Assembly (NCBI GenBank): GCA_050175015.1
Contig: JBFXJJ010000006.1
Location: forward strand, 64,001 to 128,000
Length of the DNA stretch: 64,000 nucleotides
Origin: Alphaproteobacteria bacterium
GTDB lineage: Bacteria; Pseudomonadota; Alphaproteobacteria; JBFXJJ01
Reading direction: 5' to 3'
The notes under the pieces were generated by a model that was not told the origin of the DNA, made no database searches, and was given only the letters and a program-made list of their open reading frames with translations. Shown here piece after piece: positions 38,076 to 50,965 of the stretch. The position numbers were made by a program, and so were the translations under genes. Within the stretch, counting starts at the first letter, position 1; each line of letters begins with the position of its first letter.

Positions 38076-38419
38076 TCGAAGCCTCCCTTACACAAAACGT
38101 ATACCAACGTAAAGAGTTGAATAAGAAAGTAGGCTAAAATCACAAAGAATAGTTTCCAGCCAATATTAAACAATGAAACCGCCCAAAGCATAAAAAACAC
38201 CATAACCGGAGAAAATACTACAAAGACTATCGCAACAGGAAAATTTTGAAACGAGAAATAGCCATTAAAAAACGCTTTTTCTTTTCTTATTTCTGAGATT
38301 TTTTGATTATTATCGGTTATTTTTTTAGCGATAAAAAAGGAAACAAGCGGCATAATGATAATAAAAATCAATACAAAAAAAAGAAAAAATCCTAGATAGC
38401 CGTCAGGAATAGTAACCAT
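38063..38419 (-). CDS. nuoA: Complex I subunit A homolog (divergent)
   Basis: 118 aa, 3 TMs, VAIVFVVF..., C-terminal KGGFEW; overlaps nuoB. Confidence 0.8.
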   Translation of the reverse strand: MVTIPDGYLGFFLFFVLIFIIIMPLVSFFIAKKITDNNQKISEIRKEKAFFNGYFSFQNFPVAIVFVVFSPVMVFFMLWAVSLFNIGWKLFFVILAYFLIQLFTLVYVLCKGGFEWKR

Positions 38420-38467
38420 TTTAAAGTCGCTCTATAATAATCTTTATAATATTTTTTTGAATAACCG

Positions 38468-38809
38468 TTATTTTCTCAAACCAGAAAAACTTTCTTGAGA
38501 AATTGGCAATTTTTTGACAATTCTAATTGGCACTTCATATTCAACTGCAATATCATCATTATCAAATTCAACCACCAAGACAGTATCAGCATAAAACAAT
38601 GACTGTCTAGCTTCTGGGTGAATGTAATCAAGCATAATAGTAAGTCCGTTATTGCGGTACAGCAAAGCGTGTTCGCCGCCGTCATAAACGATTTTAGGCT
38701 CTTCTGGCAGCCCTTTTCTTGCTTTAATTGAGATTAACAAATCACCAGAAGAATTTTGCAATATATCATAGAGTTCTTCTTGTTCTGGTTTTACTTGTTT
38801 CTCTAACAT
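38468..38809 (-). CDS. Hypothetical soluble protein immediately upstream of nuoA
   Basis: 113 aa, AGGAG RBS, same strand, 48-nt gap to nuoA. Confidence 0.75.
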   Translation of the reverse strand: MLEKQVKPEQEELYDILQNSSGDLLISIKARKGLPEEPKIVYDGGEHALLYRNNGLTIMLDYIHPEARQSLFYADTVLVVEFDNDDIAVEYEVPIRIVKKLPISQESFSGLRK

Positions 38810-38933
38810 AAGAAACTCCTATTTTCGTTGATTAAACTTAATTTAGCACTTTAATTCTAAATTAAAACAATATAAAGATAAAAAATAACTTTTCATATCA
38901 TTTTTATAAAACTTAGACTACAAGACTGCAATA

Positions 38934-39905
38934 ATGAAAATTTTTAATAAGATAAAAGAATATAAAAAAACCAATAATCTTGTTTTGGCAATTGGCAATT
39001 TTGATGGCGTTCACCTTGGGCATCAAGCCATTCTTGAACAAGCTAAAAACATTGCCAAAGAAAAAAACTACCGTTTTGGGGTTATGACTTTTGAACCGCA
39101 CCCCAAAACATACTTTAACCCTGATTTGAAAAATTTTCGTTTAACACCAATAAACATAAAAAAAAGACTGCTAACAGAATTTGAAATTGAAGAACTTTAT
39201 GTTATTGATTTCAATCATAGTTTTTCCCAAACAGAGCCTGAAGATTTCATCAAAACTTGGGTTAAAGACAAGTTAAACGTTAAGCATATTGTTGTCGGGT
39301 ATGATTTTGTTTTTGGAAAAAATGGCAAGGGAAACGCAGAAACTCTTCGCCAAATGTCCTCAAAATATGATTTTGATGTAACTATTGTTTCTCAAATTTC
39401 CAATCAAGACGGGCTAAATTATTCATCAACAGCAGTTAGGAATGCTTTATTTGAAGGCTTTCCTCTAAAAGCCGCTTCAATCTTGGGACGTTTTTTTGAG
39501 CTAAACGGAAGAATCCAGCTTGGAAGACAAACAGGAGCCAAGTTAGGGTTCCCAACTGCCAACACTGCTATCGGTAATTTCTTCAAGCCGAAAGAAGGAA
39601 TTTATGCTGTTTTTGCCGATATAATATTAGATGGTAAACATAAAATCTTAAAAGGTGTAACAAACATCGGTGGCAGTCCAACTTTTGACATTAATAATTA
39701 TTTAGTGGAAACGCACCTTCTTAATTTTTCTGGTGATATTTATAAAAAAAATCTCACAATTTATTTAGTTGACTATATAAGAGATTCTATAAAATTTAAT
39801 AGTGTTGACGATTTAATAAAAGAAATAACGCTTGATACAATCAAAGCTCAGGATATTCTTTTAAAATATGAAAAGAGTGATCTTCTAAAAAAATATAACA
39901 ATTAA
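38934..39905 (+). CDS. ribF: Riboflavin kinase/FAD synthetase
   Basis: IGNFDGVHLGH, SSTAVR, LGFPTAN, ETH. Confidence 0.96.
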   Translation: MKIFNKIKEYKKTNNLVLAIGNFDGVHLGHQAILEQAKNIAKEKNYRFGVMTFEPHPKTYFNPDLKNFRLTPINIKKRLLTEFEIEELYVIDFNHSFSQTEPEDFIKTWVKDKLNVKHIVVGYDFVFGKNGKGNAETLRQMSSKYDFDVTIVSQISNQDGLNYSSTAVRNALFEGFPLKAASILGRFFELNGRIQLGRQTGAKLGFPTANTAIGNFFKPKEGIYAVFADIILDGKHKILKGVTNIGGSPTFDINNYLVETHLLNFSGDIYKKNLTIYLVDYIRDSIKFNSVDDLIKEITLDTIKAQDILLKYEKSDLLKKYNN

Positions 39906-39921
39906 AATATTAGGATATGTT

Positions 39922-40389
39922 TTGCAGAAAAAATTTTTAGTCTTATCGATAGCTGTATTTTTAGATCAAATCTCAAAATGGTGGTTTATGAACCTTCTAT
40001 CAGAACCGCCACACTTTATTAGAGTAATGCCGTTATTCAATTTAACCGCAGCTTGGAATAAAGGCGTAAGTTTTTCGATGTTTACTAGCGATAATGTTTA
40101 TGCTCCCTATATCCTTACTTTGGTTGCGATAGCCATTGTAGCTTTTATTTTAAGATGGCATTTAACCGAAGCTAACAAATACAACAAGATAGCTTTAGAG
40201 CTTATTGCTGGCGGGGCTATCGGAAATATTATTGATAGAATCAGATTTGGTGCTGTTTTTGATTTCTTAGACTTTTATATTGGAAAACATCATTGGCCAG
40301 CATTTAATGTTGCCGATAGTGCAATAACTATTGGCGCCGCAATTCTTATTATGGTAACATTTTTTGAAAAAAAAGTTATAAAGGGTTAA
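39922..40389 (+). CDS. lspA: Lipoprotein signal peptidase
   Basis: DQISK, NKGVSF, GNIIDR, FDF, FNVAD. Confidence 0.96.
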   Translation: MQKKFLVLSIAVFLDQISKWWFMNLLSEPPHFIRVMPLFNLTAAWNKGVSFSMFTSDNVYAPYILTLVAIAIVAFILRWHLTEANKYNKIALELIAGGAIGNIIDRIRFGAVFDFLDFYIGKHHWPAFNVADSAITIGAAILIMVTFFEKKVIKG

Positions 40390-40395
40390 ATCACT

Positions 40396-41013
40396 ATGTC
40401 AAAACGTTTAACTGTTGTTATGATTGTTGTTTGTTTTGCTGTCAGTTCTTGCAGCAACAAAGCAAAACAAGCTTTGGGTTTAAGCAGAAAAGCTCCTGAT
40501 GAATTTACGGTTATATCAAGGGCTCCTCTTACTATTCCTCCTGTTTTTAATATGCGTCCGCCTAAACCAGGTGAAACCAGACCTCAAGAAGGAACAGCTT
40601 TAGATGCTGCTAAAACAGCATTAATAACAAATGGAGAAACAGCGCAAGGCAACACTAACTCTGGCAACGCAGTTTCTATGAATGACTCAAATCTTTTGTT
40701 CCCAATCAAACAAAATTCTGCAATGGAGTTTTCATCTGGAGAAAAAGCGCTATTAACCAAAGCCAATGCAGAAGATTCTCAACAAGATATTCGCAAAGTA
40801 ATTGACCAAGAAAACAGCTCTTTAATCAAAGAAAGCAAACAATTTGTTGATAAAATTGTTTTTTGGAAAGAAACCGAAGACCCAACGGCTATAGAAGTCG
40901 ACCCTACGCTTGAAGAAAAAAGAATCCAAGAAAATGCAGCCTTAGGTAAAACGGTTACAGAAGGAGAAACGCCTGTTATCGAAAAACGGCGCAAGGGTAT
41001 TTTTGAAAAATAA
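40396..41013 (+). CDS. DUF3035-family lipoprotein
   Basis: Lipobox VSSC, PDEFTVISRAPLTIPP, LxPPxPG-like motif. Confidence 0.85.
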   Translation: MSKRLTVVMIVVCFAVSSCSNKAKQALGLSRKAPDEFTVISRAPLTIPPVFNMRPPKPGETRPQEGTALDAAKTALITNGETAQGNTNSGNAVSMNDSNLLFPIKQNSAMEFSSGEKALLTKANAEDSQQDIRKVIDQENSSLIKESKQFVDKIVFWKETEDPTAIEVDPTLEEKRIQENAALGKTVTEGETPVIEKRRKGIFEK

Positions 41014-41039
41014 CTTATTTCTGGTAATACACTGTAAAA

Positions 41040-42402
41040 ATGGCAACGAATTATAAAAAAAGTATTTTTATTAAAATATTATTTTTAACTTTATGGGGGC
41101 TTGTTTCTTTCAGCTCTGGGGCTTTAGCTGAAATTTATGTAAAGGGAGAAACTTTCGTTTTAGACAACGGCTTAACTGTTGCCGTAATACCACAAAAAAG
41201 AGCTCCAATCATTAATCATATGATATGGTATAACGTCGGTTCTAACGATGAAATATCAGGAAAATCAGGACTCGCCCATTTTAACGAGCATTTAATGTTC
41301 AGGGGTTCGCAAAAAATTCCTGATGGCGATTTTTCCAAAATTATAGCTTTAAACGGCGGCGAAGATAATGCCTTTACTTACCGCAACTATACCGCCTATC
41401 ACCAAACTATTGCCTCTAACCGTTTGGATTTAGTTATGGCAATGGAAGCTGACCGTATGGAAGCTTTAAACCTTTCTCAAGATGTTTTTGATGCTGAACA
41501 TAAGGTTATTATTGAAGAGCGTTTGACTAGGTATGAAAACAATCCTTCGGCTCTCCTTAATGAACGTATGATGGCGGCCTTATGGTATAACAATAACCTT
41601 GGGATATCGGTTATTGGCACTATGGAAGATATAAAAAATCTAGAGTTAAACGATGTTAATAACTTTCATCAAACGTGGTATGCCCCAAACAATGCTTATG
41701 TTGTAATCGCGGGAGATGTTGATTTAGAAGAGGCTAAAAAACTTGCCATAAAAAACTATGGTTCATTAAAACCCAAAGTACTTCCAAAGAAAAAAAACTA
41801 TCCTATGCCTCCAAGTAACCTAGATATAAAAATAACTCTGCCTCATAGTTTAGTTTTACAAAAATCGCTATTAAAGTATTACGCTGTACCGCCAGAGACA
41901 AAAGATAATGAAACGTTTATCTTATCTTTAGATTTATTATCAGAAATTTTAGGAAACCCTTCGGTTGGAAAACTTTATCGCAATCTTGTCGAAAATAATA
42001 AAAAAGCAACCGCTGTTGGCTGCTCATACAGTTTTATGACAAACTATCCTTCAGTTTTCAGTTTCTACGGCTATCCAAGAGATAACAAAGACAGCCTTTC
42101 GCAGCTAGGAAAAGATATTGAAAATGAAATAAAAAATATTGCAAGCGGCAATTTAACTGAACAAGATGTTAACCTAGCTCAAGAACGAATTATCGCTAAT
42201 ATGGTCTATTTAGAAGATTCACCCAATACATTAGCAAATCTTGTGGGTGAAATGCTCGTTTCTGGAAGAAAGCTTGATGACATTAATAAATATCCTGATA
42301 AAATAAAAAAAATAACCGCTCAAGATATAATAGACGCAGCTTCCTTCTTAACAAATAAAACAGCAAAAATTACAGGTTACTTAATTCCTCTCGAGAAAAC
42401 AG

Positions 42403-42419
<17 letters not shown>
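41040..42419 (+). CDS. M16 zinc protease, catalytic subunit
   Basis: GLAHFNEHLMF (HxxEH), NAFT, EER. Confidence 0.92.
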
Positions 42420-45430
<3,011 letters not shown>

Positions 45431-45431
<1 letters not shown>

Positions 45432-47302
45432 TGCCTATAAGAATTTTATCTCAAAATCTTATCAATCAGATAGCCGCAGGAGAAGTTGTTGAACGCCCGC
45501 ATTCTGTAGTCAAAGAGCTTGTTGAAAATGCCCTTGATGCTGGCGCTAAAAGAATAGATATTTCTTTAGCTGATGGCGGTAAATCTCTGATTACGATTGA
45601 TGATGACGGGATAGGTATGGCAGCCGAAGAGCTGTTTTTAGCCGTTGAAAGGCACGCAACCTCTAAACTTGATGATGAAAATCTTTTTGCGATAAAAACC
45701 TTAGGCTTCAGAGGTGAAGCCCTGCCCTCAATCGGCTCTGTGGCACGGCTGGAAATAACCACCCGCAGTCAATCATCAGACAATGGTTATAAGATAAGTG
45801 TTGAAGGCGGACTTAAAAGCGATGTCAGTCCTGCTTCACGCAATAAAGGGACAAGAGTTGAAGTTCGAGACTTATTTTATGCAACTCCTGCAAGATTAAA
45901 ATTTTTAAAAACAAGCCAGACCGAAACCAGATATACCGTTGAGATTGTCAACAGCCTTGCTTTAGCCCAACCTACGGTTTCTTTTTCTTTAAGTGATGAG
46001 AAACGTAAAAAAATTAATTTGCCCGCTCAAAAAGATTATTCTCTTCAATCCATTGCCACAAGAGCTGCCGAAATTATAGGATCTGACTTTGCAACCAATT
46101 CTGTCCCTGTGAACTCAGAAGGTGAAACAATAAGCATCAGAGGCTATTGCTCGCTTCCAACCTTTACAGCCAGCAGTCCACAAAATCAATTCATCTTCGT
46201 TAATAACCGAGCCGTAAAAGACAAAATATTAACGTCTGCTCTCAGAGCCGCCTATCAGGATCTTGCTCCCCACGGACGCTATCCTCAAGTAGTGATTTTT
46301 ATTGATGTGGCACCTTCTGAAGTTGATGTTAATGTTCACCCTGCCAAAACTGAAGTAAGATTCAGAGATGCGGGAAGCATTAGAGGCGCCTTAATTGCAT
46401 CAATACGTGCCTCTTTAAGCGAAGCGGGGCATAAAACATCTTCGGCTTTCACTATTCCACAAAGAAATTCTAGCTTCTCTTATCAATCTCAGCCGCAAAA
46501 TAGGAATCTTACTCAAAACTATTTGGGCAATTCTTATAATAGCTATGAGAAAAAACCGAATAACCAATCAAGTTTTAACTACTTCGAAAAAGCAAGAGAA
46601 GCACAAGCCCCGCTTGAAAATAATAATCAATCATTCCAACTTGATGAAAACTCTTATCTTAATTCTGAATATGGAAATAAGGAACAAACAAGGGAATATG
46701 AAGGCTTAAATCCAGAATATGACCTGCCTTTAGGCTGTGCGATATGTCAAATTGCCAATACGTATATTGTTGCTAAAAACGCCAATGGAATTGTAGTAAT
46801 TGACCAGCACGCTGCCCACGAAAGACTTGTATTTGAAAAAATCAAAGCCAATCTTTTAACAAACACTCCTTCAAGCCAGCAATTACTGCTTCCTGAAGTT
46901 GTCGAAATGGAAAGTTCTTTATGTGAGATTCTTTGCAGCAAAAGCGAAAACCTTGCAAAAATAGGACTAGTTTTGGAAAGCTTTGGCGATGATGCAGTAA
47001 TAGTTAGAGCAACCCCTTCTATTTTAAAAAAATGTGATTTAAAAAGCCTTATCATTGATTTAGCAAACGAATTTTCTGAATGGGATAAAAGTTTTACAAT
47101 CGAAGATAAACTTTCTAATATTTGTGCGACATTTGCCTGCCACTCATCAATAAGAGCAGGACGCAAGCTTAATATTGAAGAAATGAATGCCCTTCTAAGA
47201 CAAATGGAAAGCACGCCTTTTTCTGCTCAATGCGGACACGGTCGTCCTACAAGTATTGAACTTGGAATCAAGGAATTAGAAAAATTATTTGGAAGAACGT
47301 AG
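45431..47302 (+). CDS. mutL: DNA mismatch repair protein MutL
   Basis: IAAGEVVERP, GFRGEAL, DVNVHP, DQHAAHER, CGHGRP. Confidence 0.97.
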
Positions 47303-47370
47303 CAATAAAAATTATCTTTTAAAAACTAAAACACCACACTTGATACCAAACAATTAAATTAGAACAAAAA

Positions 47371-47790
47371 ATGCATCAAAAACAAGACACTTTCAGTATT
47401 CAAACAAAAGGCTTAGGCTTTTTAGACATCACCAAAGATATTAGAAATTGGGTAAGACAAAGCGGAATAAAAAGCGGGATTTTAACCTTATTTGTAAAAC
47501 ATACTTCGGCAGGAATTACCATTCAAGAAAACTACGATCCTGACGTTATGATGGATTTGAATAGCTTTTTTGAAAAAATATCGCCTCAAGATGCATCTCT
47601 TTACCGCCACTATATGGAAGGGGCTGATGATATGCCTGCCCATATCCGCTCATCTTTGGTGGGCGTTTCTCTAAATATTCCAGTGTGTAATGGCGATTTA
47701 TGTACAGGAACTTGGCAAGGAATATATCTTTGCGAATTTAGAAAAGACCCTCATATCCGAAACGTCGTTCTTCATCTTATCGGCGAATGA
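47371..47790 (+). CDS. yjbQ: YjbQ/UPF0047-family protein
   Basis: HTSA, QEN.DPDV, DDMPAH, GTWQG. Confidence 0.9.
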   Translation: MHQKQDTFSIQTKGLGFLDITKDIRNWVRQSGIKSGILTLFVKHTSAGITIQENYDPDVMMDLNSFFEKISPQDASLYRHYMEGADDMPAHIRSSLVGVSLNIPVCNGDLCTGTWQGIYLCEFRKDPHIRNVVLHLIGE

Positions 47791-47882
47791 TTTATCAATT
47801 TAAGAAGGCATATCTTAAGCTGCAATAAACATTCTTTATATATAACCAAAATATAATCTTAATTTTTAAAACCATATAAAAC

Positions 47883-47908
47883 AAGGGCAGAGATTACTCC
47901 CCGCCCTT
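47883..47908. terminator. Hairpin between convergent genes
   Basis: AAGGGCAGAG-atta-CTCCCCGCCCTT. Confidence 0.55.
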
Positions 47909-47940
47909 ACTTTAAGATTTTAAGCACTATAGTTAAAACA

Positions 47941-48567
47941 TTATGGCATAAACTCTGAGGGTTCAAAACCTTCAGTGTCATTGCTTTCTTCCGAAAATTC
48001 TTCCGTATTATCTCTATTAATTTCTACCTGCATAGGAACTTCTGTTTCAGGCTCAGCTTCATTAACCATAGGTTCTGCATTTTCATCAGGCAAAACAAGC
48101 AAACTGTTTTCACCGCCAGACTTTCCTTGTTCAATCATACTAGCGGCTTTAGCCTTAACCGCTGCCCGCTTACTGCTGACAGAAGCATAAGCTCCAAAAT
48201 AAATTAAAACGACAACAAAAGCCATTGCTACCAAAAACACTTTCCACAAAAGGTCATCTTGTTTTGTTTTCTTAGCCGTAATTTCTGCAATTTCATCTTC
48301 GGTAGATGCTGGATTATTTTTATCCAAAACAACCATTACTTTGTCTGCTTTAGAATTACACCAATATGCCCAAAAGATATTAAATAAACCAAAGGTAATA
48401 ATGAGAATTAAACAATGTTCAAAGAAACTTCCAAAAGCTCTCTTCTTTAGAAGAACAGATGCATCATTTTTTTTCTTAATCCGGTATTTTTTAGAAGTGA
48501 GACTTTCTATAACTTTTTTATAGTCAGCTTCCGTGTTTAAAGAAATTGTTTTAATATTTTCAGCCAT
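47941..48567 (-). CDS. Hypothetical membrane protein with acidic tail
   Basis: Probable start MAENIK at 48567; 2-3 hydrophobic segments. Confidence 0.65.
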   Translation of the reverse strand: MAENIKTISLNTEADYKKVIESLTSKKYRIKKKNDASVLLKKRAFGSFFEHCLILIITFGLFNIFWAYWCNSKADKVMVVLDKNNPASTEDEIAEITAKKTKQDDLLWKVFLVAMAFVVVLIYFGAYASVSSKRAAVKAKAASMIEQGKSGGENSLLVLPDENAEPMVNEAEPETEVPMQVEINRDNTEEFSEESNDTEGFEPSEFMP

Positions 48568-48699
48568 GGAGATAAAACCCTTTATAGGAAAAATAAAATA
48601 AGATATTTTTAGATTATAAAAACAAACATTAAGCGTCAAATAAAATACAAAATATTTACAATATTAATTCATAAATTATAAAAACTTATAAAAAATCAA

Positions 48700-49677
48700 A
48701 TGTTCAAAAAATTACTTATTTTTACAGCCTTAATTTTTTTAACCTTTTCGAGCTATGCTTTTGCTCAAAACCGTCCTTTATTAAATTTTATAAAAAATAA
48801 ACTTGCTGCCAAAAATTCTTCGAACATTGAAAAAATCGCTCAAAACAAACACCGCATTGTTATAAATGGAATTAAAAGAAGCTATTATCTGTTTACACCA
48901 TCTAATTATAGCTCTCAAAAAATATATCCTGTAATCTTTGCTTTTCACGGTGGCGGCGGAAACGCTTATAACATCTTAAATATGACGAATTTTAAAAGTT
49001 ATATTGATGATTATGATTTTATCCTAATTGCACCTAATGGTTCAGGAAATAATTCTAATGAAATGCTTTTAACTTGGAATGCTGGGAACTGCTGTGGTTA
49101 TGCATTAGAACAATCTGTAAATGAAGCCGATTTCATTAATGCTATTATCGAGCAAAGCGCCAAAGATTACAGCATAAATCGCAATCAAATCTTTTTAACT
49201 GGAATGTCTAATGGCGCAATGCTAAGCCACCGCCTTGCCTGCGAGCTATCTGATAAGATAGCGGGAATAGCAACTGTATCTGGCGCTATGAATTTCGAGC
49301 AATGCTCTCCATCAAAACCAATAAAAGCCATTATTTTTAATGGCAAAAAAGATGAACATGTCCGTTATGACGGGGGCGTTCCATCAAAAAATATGGATAA
49401 AAGAAATCCCAGAATAGACAATCCTGTATTTTATGCCGTTAATTTTTGGGTCAATAATAATCATTGTTCTCCCAAGCCACACCAAGAAACGTTTGGAAAT
49501 ATCATAATTGATAAATACTTAGATTGTAATGACAACCAAGATGTTACTCTTTATACTATTGTTGATGGAAAACACGCCTGGCCTGGCGGCGAGAAAGGTT
49601 CTTTCTTAGGTGATGAACCAACCAATGAAATAAACGCAACCCAGATTATTCTAAACAGTTTTATACCTAAACAATAA
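48700..49677 (+). CDS. Exported alpha/beta esterase (PHB depolymerase/LpqC-like)
   Basis: Signal peptide, FHGGGG, WNAGNCC, GMSNG nucleophile, HAWPG. Confidence 0.85.
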   Translation: MFKKLLIFTALIFLTFSSYAFAQNRPLLNFIKNKLAAKNSSNIEKIAQNKHRIVINGIKRSYYLFTPSNYSSQKIYPVIFAFHGGGGNAYNILNMTNFKSYIDDYDFILIAPNGSGNNSNEMLLTWNAGNCCGYALEQSVNEADFINAIIEQSAKDYSINRNQIFLTGMSNGAMLSHRLACELSDKIAGIATVSGAMNFEQCSPSKPIKAIIFNGKKDEHVRYDGGVPSKNMDKRNPRIDNPVFYAVNFWVNNNHCSPKPHQETFGNIIIDKYLDCNDNQDVTLYTIVDGKHAWPGGEKGSFLGDEPTNEINATQIILNSFIPKQ

Positions 49678-49699
49678 AAATATTTTAAGGATAACAAAA

Positions 49700-50191
49700 A
49701 TGGATTATCAAATTGTTCCTCTTGAAGAAAAGCATATCAAAGAATTTAACGCTGCAGTTGGAGTTGTCGCTAGAGAAAAAAAATATTTGATTTTTATTGA
49801 TACTCCAACAATTGAAAGCACTAAAGCCTTTGTTAAAGAAAGCATAAAACAAGACTTTCCTCATTTTGTAGTTATCGTTGATAACAAACTTGTTGGCTGG
49901 TGTGACATTTGCTTATCTAATAAAGGCGGCGATAATCACGTCGGAGTTTTAGGGATTGGCTTGCTTCCTGATTTCAGAAGTCAAGGAATTGGTGAAAAAC
50001 TTATGAGAAAAACCATTGAAAAAGGCAAAGAAAAAGGACTTACTCGAATCGAACTTGGAGTCAGAGAAGGAAATGAAAGAGCTTTCAAACTCTATAAAAA
50101 GTTAGGATTTGAAATTGAAGGGGTTGCAAGGAACTCAATATTAATTGACGGCAAATATGAAAACACAATCAAAATGGCTCTTCTTTTTTAA
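49700..50191 (+). CDS. GNAT N-acetyltransferase
   Basis: FRSQGIG, NERAFKLYKKLGF. Confidence 0.9.
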   Translation: MDYQIVPLEEKHIKEFNAAVGVVAREKKYLIFIDTPTIESTKAFVKESIKQDFPHFVVIVDNKLVGWCDICLSNKGGDNHVGVLGIGLLPDFRSQGIGEKLMRKTIEKGKEKGLTRIELGVREGNERAFKLYKKLGFEIEGVARNSILIDGKYENTIKMALLF

Positions 50192-50270
50192 TTTTTCAAG
50201 TACTTAAAGATTATAGAATTAAAGAAATACTGGTTTCAATATTGTTAAAATAGTATTACAATGCACACGT

Positions 50271-50294
50271 ATTTGTTGCAAAACCGCAACAAAT
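50271..50294. promoter_or_regulatory. Candidate transcription-factor operator upstream of hemerythrin
   Basis: Perfect inverted repeat ATTTGTTGC-AAAACC-GCAACAAAT. Confidence 0.5.
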
Positions 50295-50357
50295 GTGATA
50301 AATTATTCTAATAACTTTAATGATAAATAATAATAACAATAATTAGAGGACAAAAAA

Positions 50358-50786
50358 ATGCCTGTACTTTGGAGAAATGACTTAAGTGTTGGCTGCAAAG
50401 ATATTGATAACGACCATAAAAATTGGCTTAATGTAGTCAATGTTGTATCAATGGGAGTTGATTCTGGAGATGTTAAGTTAGTAAAAAAAGCTATGGATGA
50501 TGCTGTTGAATATTCTAGGCAGCATTTTTATCGTGAAGAAAAACTAATGAAAAACATCAGTTACCCGTATTATGAAGAACACTTTGAAATTCATTCAACT
50601 TTTATTGAAAAAATAAATGATTTTCAAACAGATATGAATATGAATATGGATTATCACCCTGAAGAAGCTATGAAAATAGGTAAAAAGTTCGCAACTTTTA
50701 CTAGGAACTGGCTTTTGAGTCACATAAAAAATGAAGACAGCAAAATCAGTCCTTTCATTAATAACAAATGTGATAATCTCGATTAA
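50358..50786 (+). CDS. Bacteriohemerythrin
   Basis: IDNDH, HFYREE, HFEIH, WLLSHIKNED di-iron ligands. Confidence 0.92.
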   Translation: MPVLWRNDLSVGCKDIDNDHKNWLNVVNVVSMGVDSGDVKLVKKAMDDAVEYSRQHFYREEKLMKNISYPYYEEHFEIHSTFIEKINDFQTDMNMNMDYHPEEAMKIGKKFATFTRNWLLSHIKNEDSKISPFINNKCDNLD

Positions 50787-50965
50787 GAATTAATTTACCT
50801 GAACCTTAATTTAAGATTTTAAAACTATCTCATTATTCAAGATGCATAATGATATCAAATATGCTTTAGTTATTTGTTTTAATAAAACAACAAGAAAGCA
50901 TCAAGTATATAAATTTAAACATAAAACATAATTTAATAAAAGCTGCACGCTTGTATTTGAGATAA

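Noticed and set aside
29555-38419. nuo genes as pseudogenes
   Set aside because: No frameshifts or premature stops; lengths are near normal and junctions are tight.
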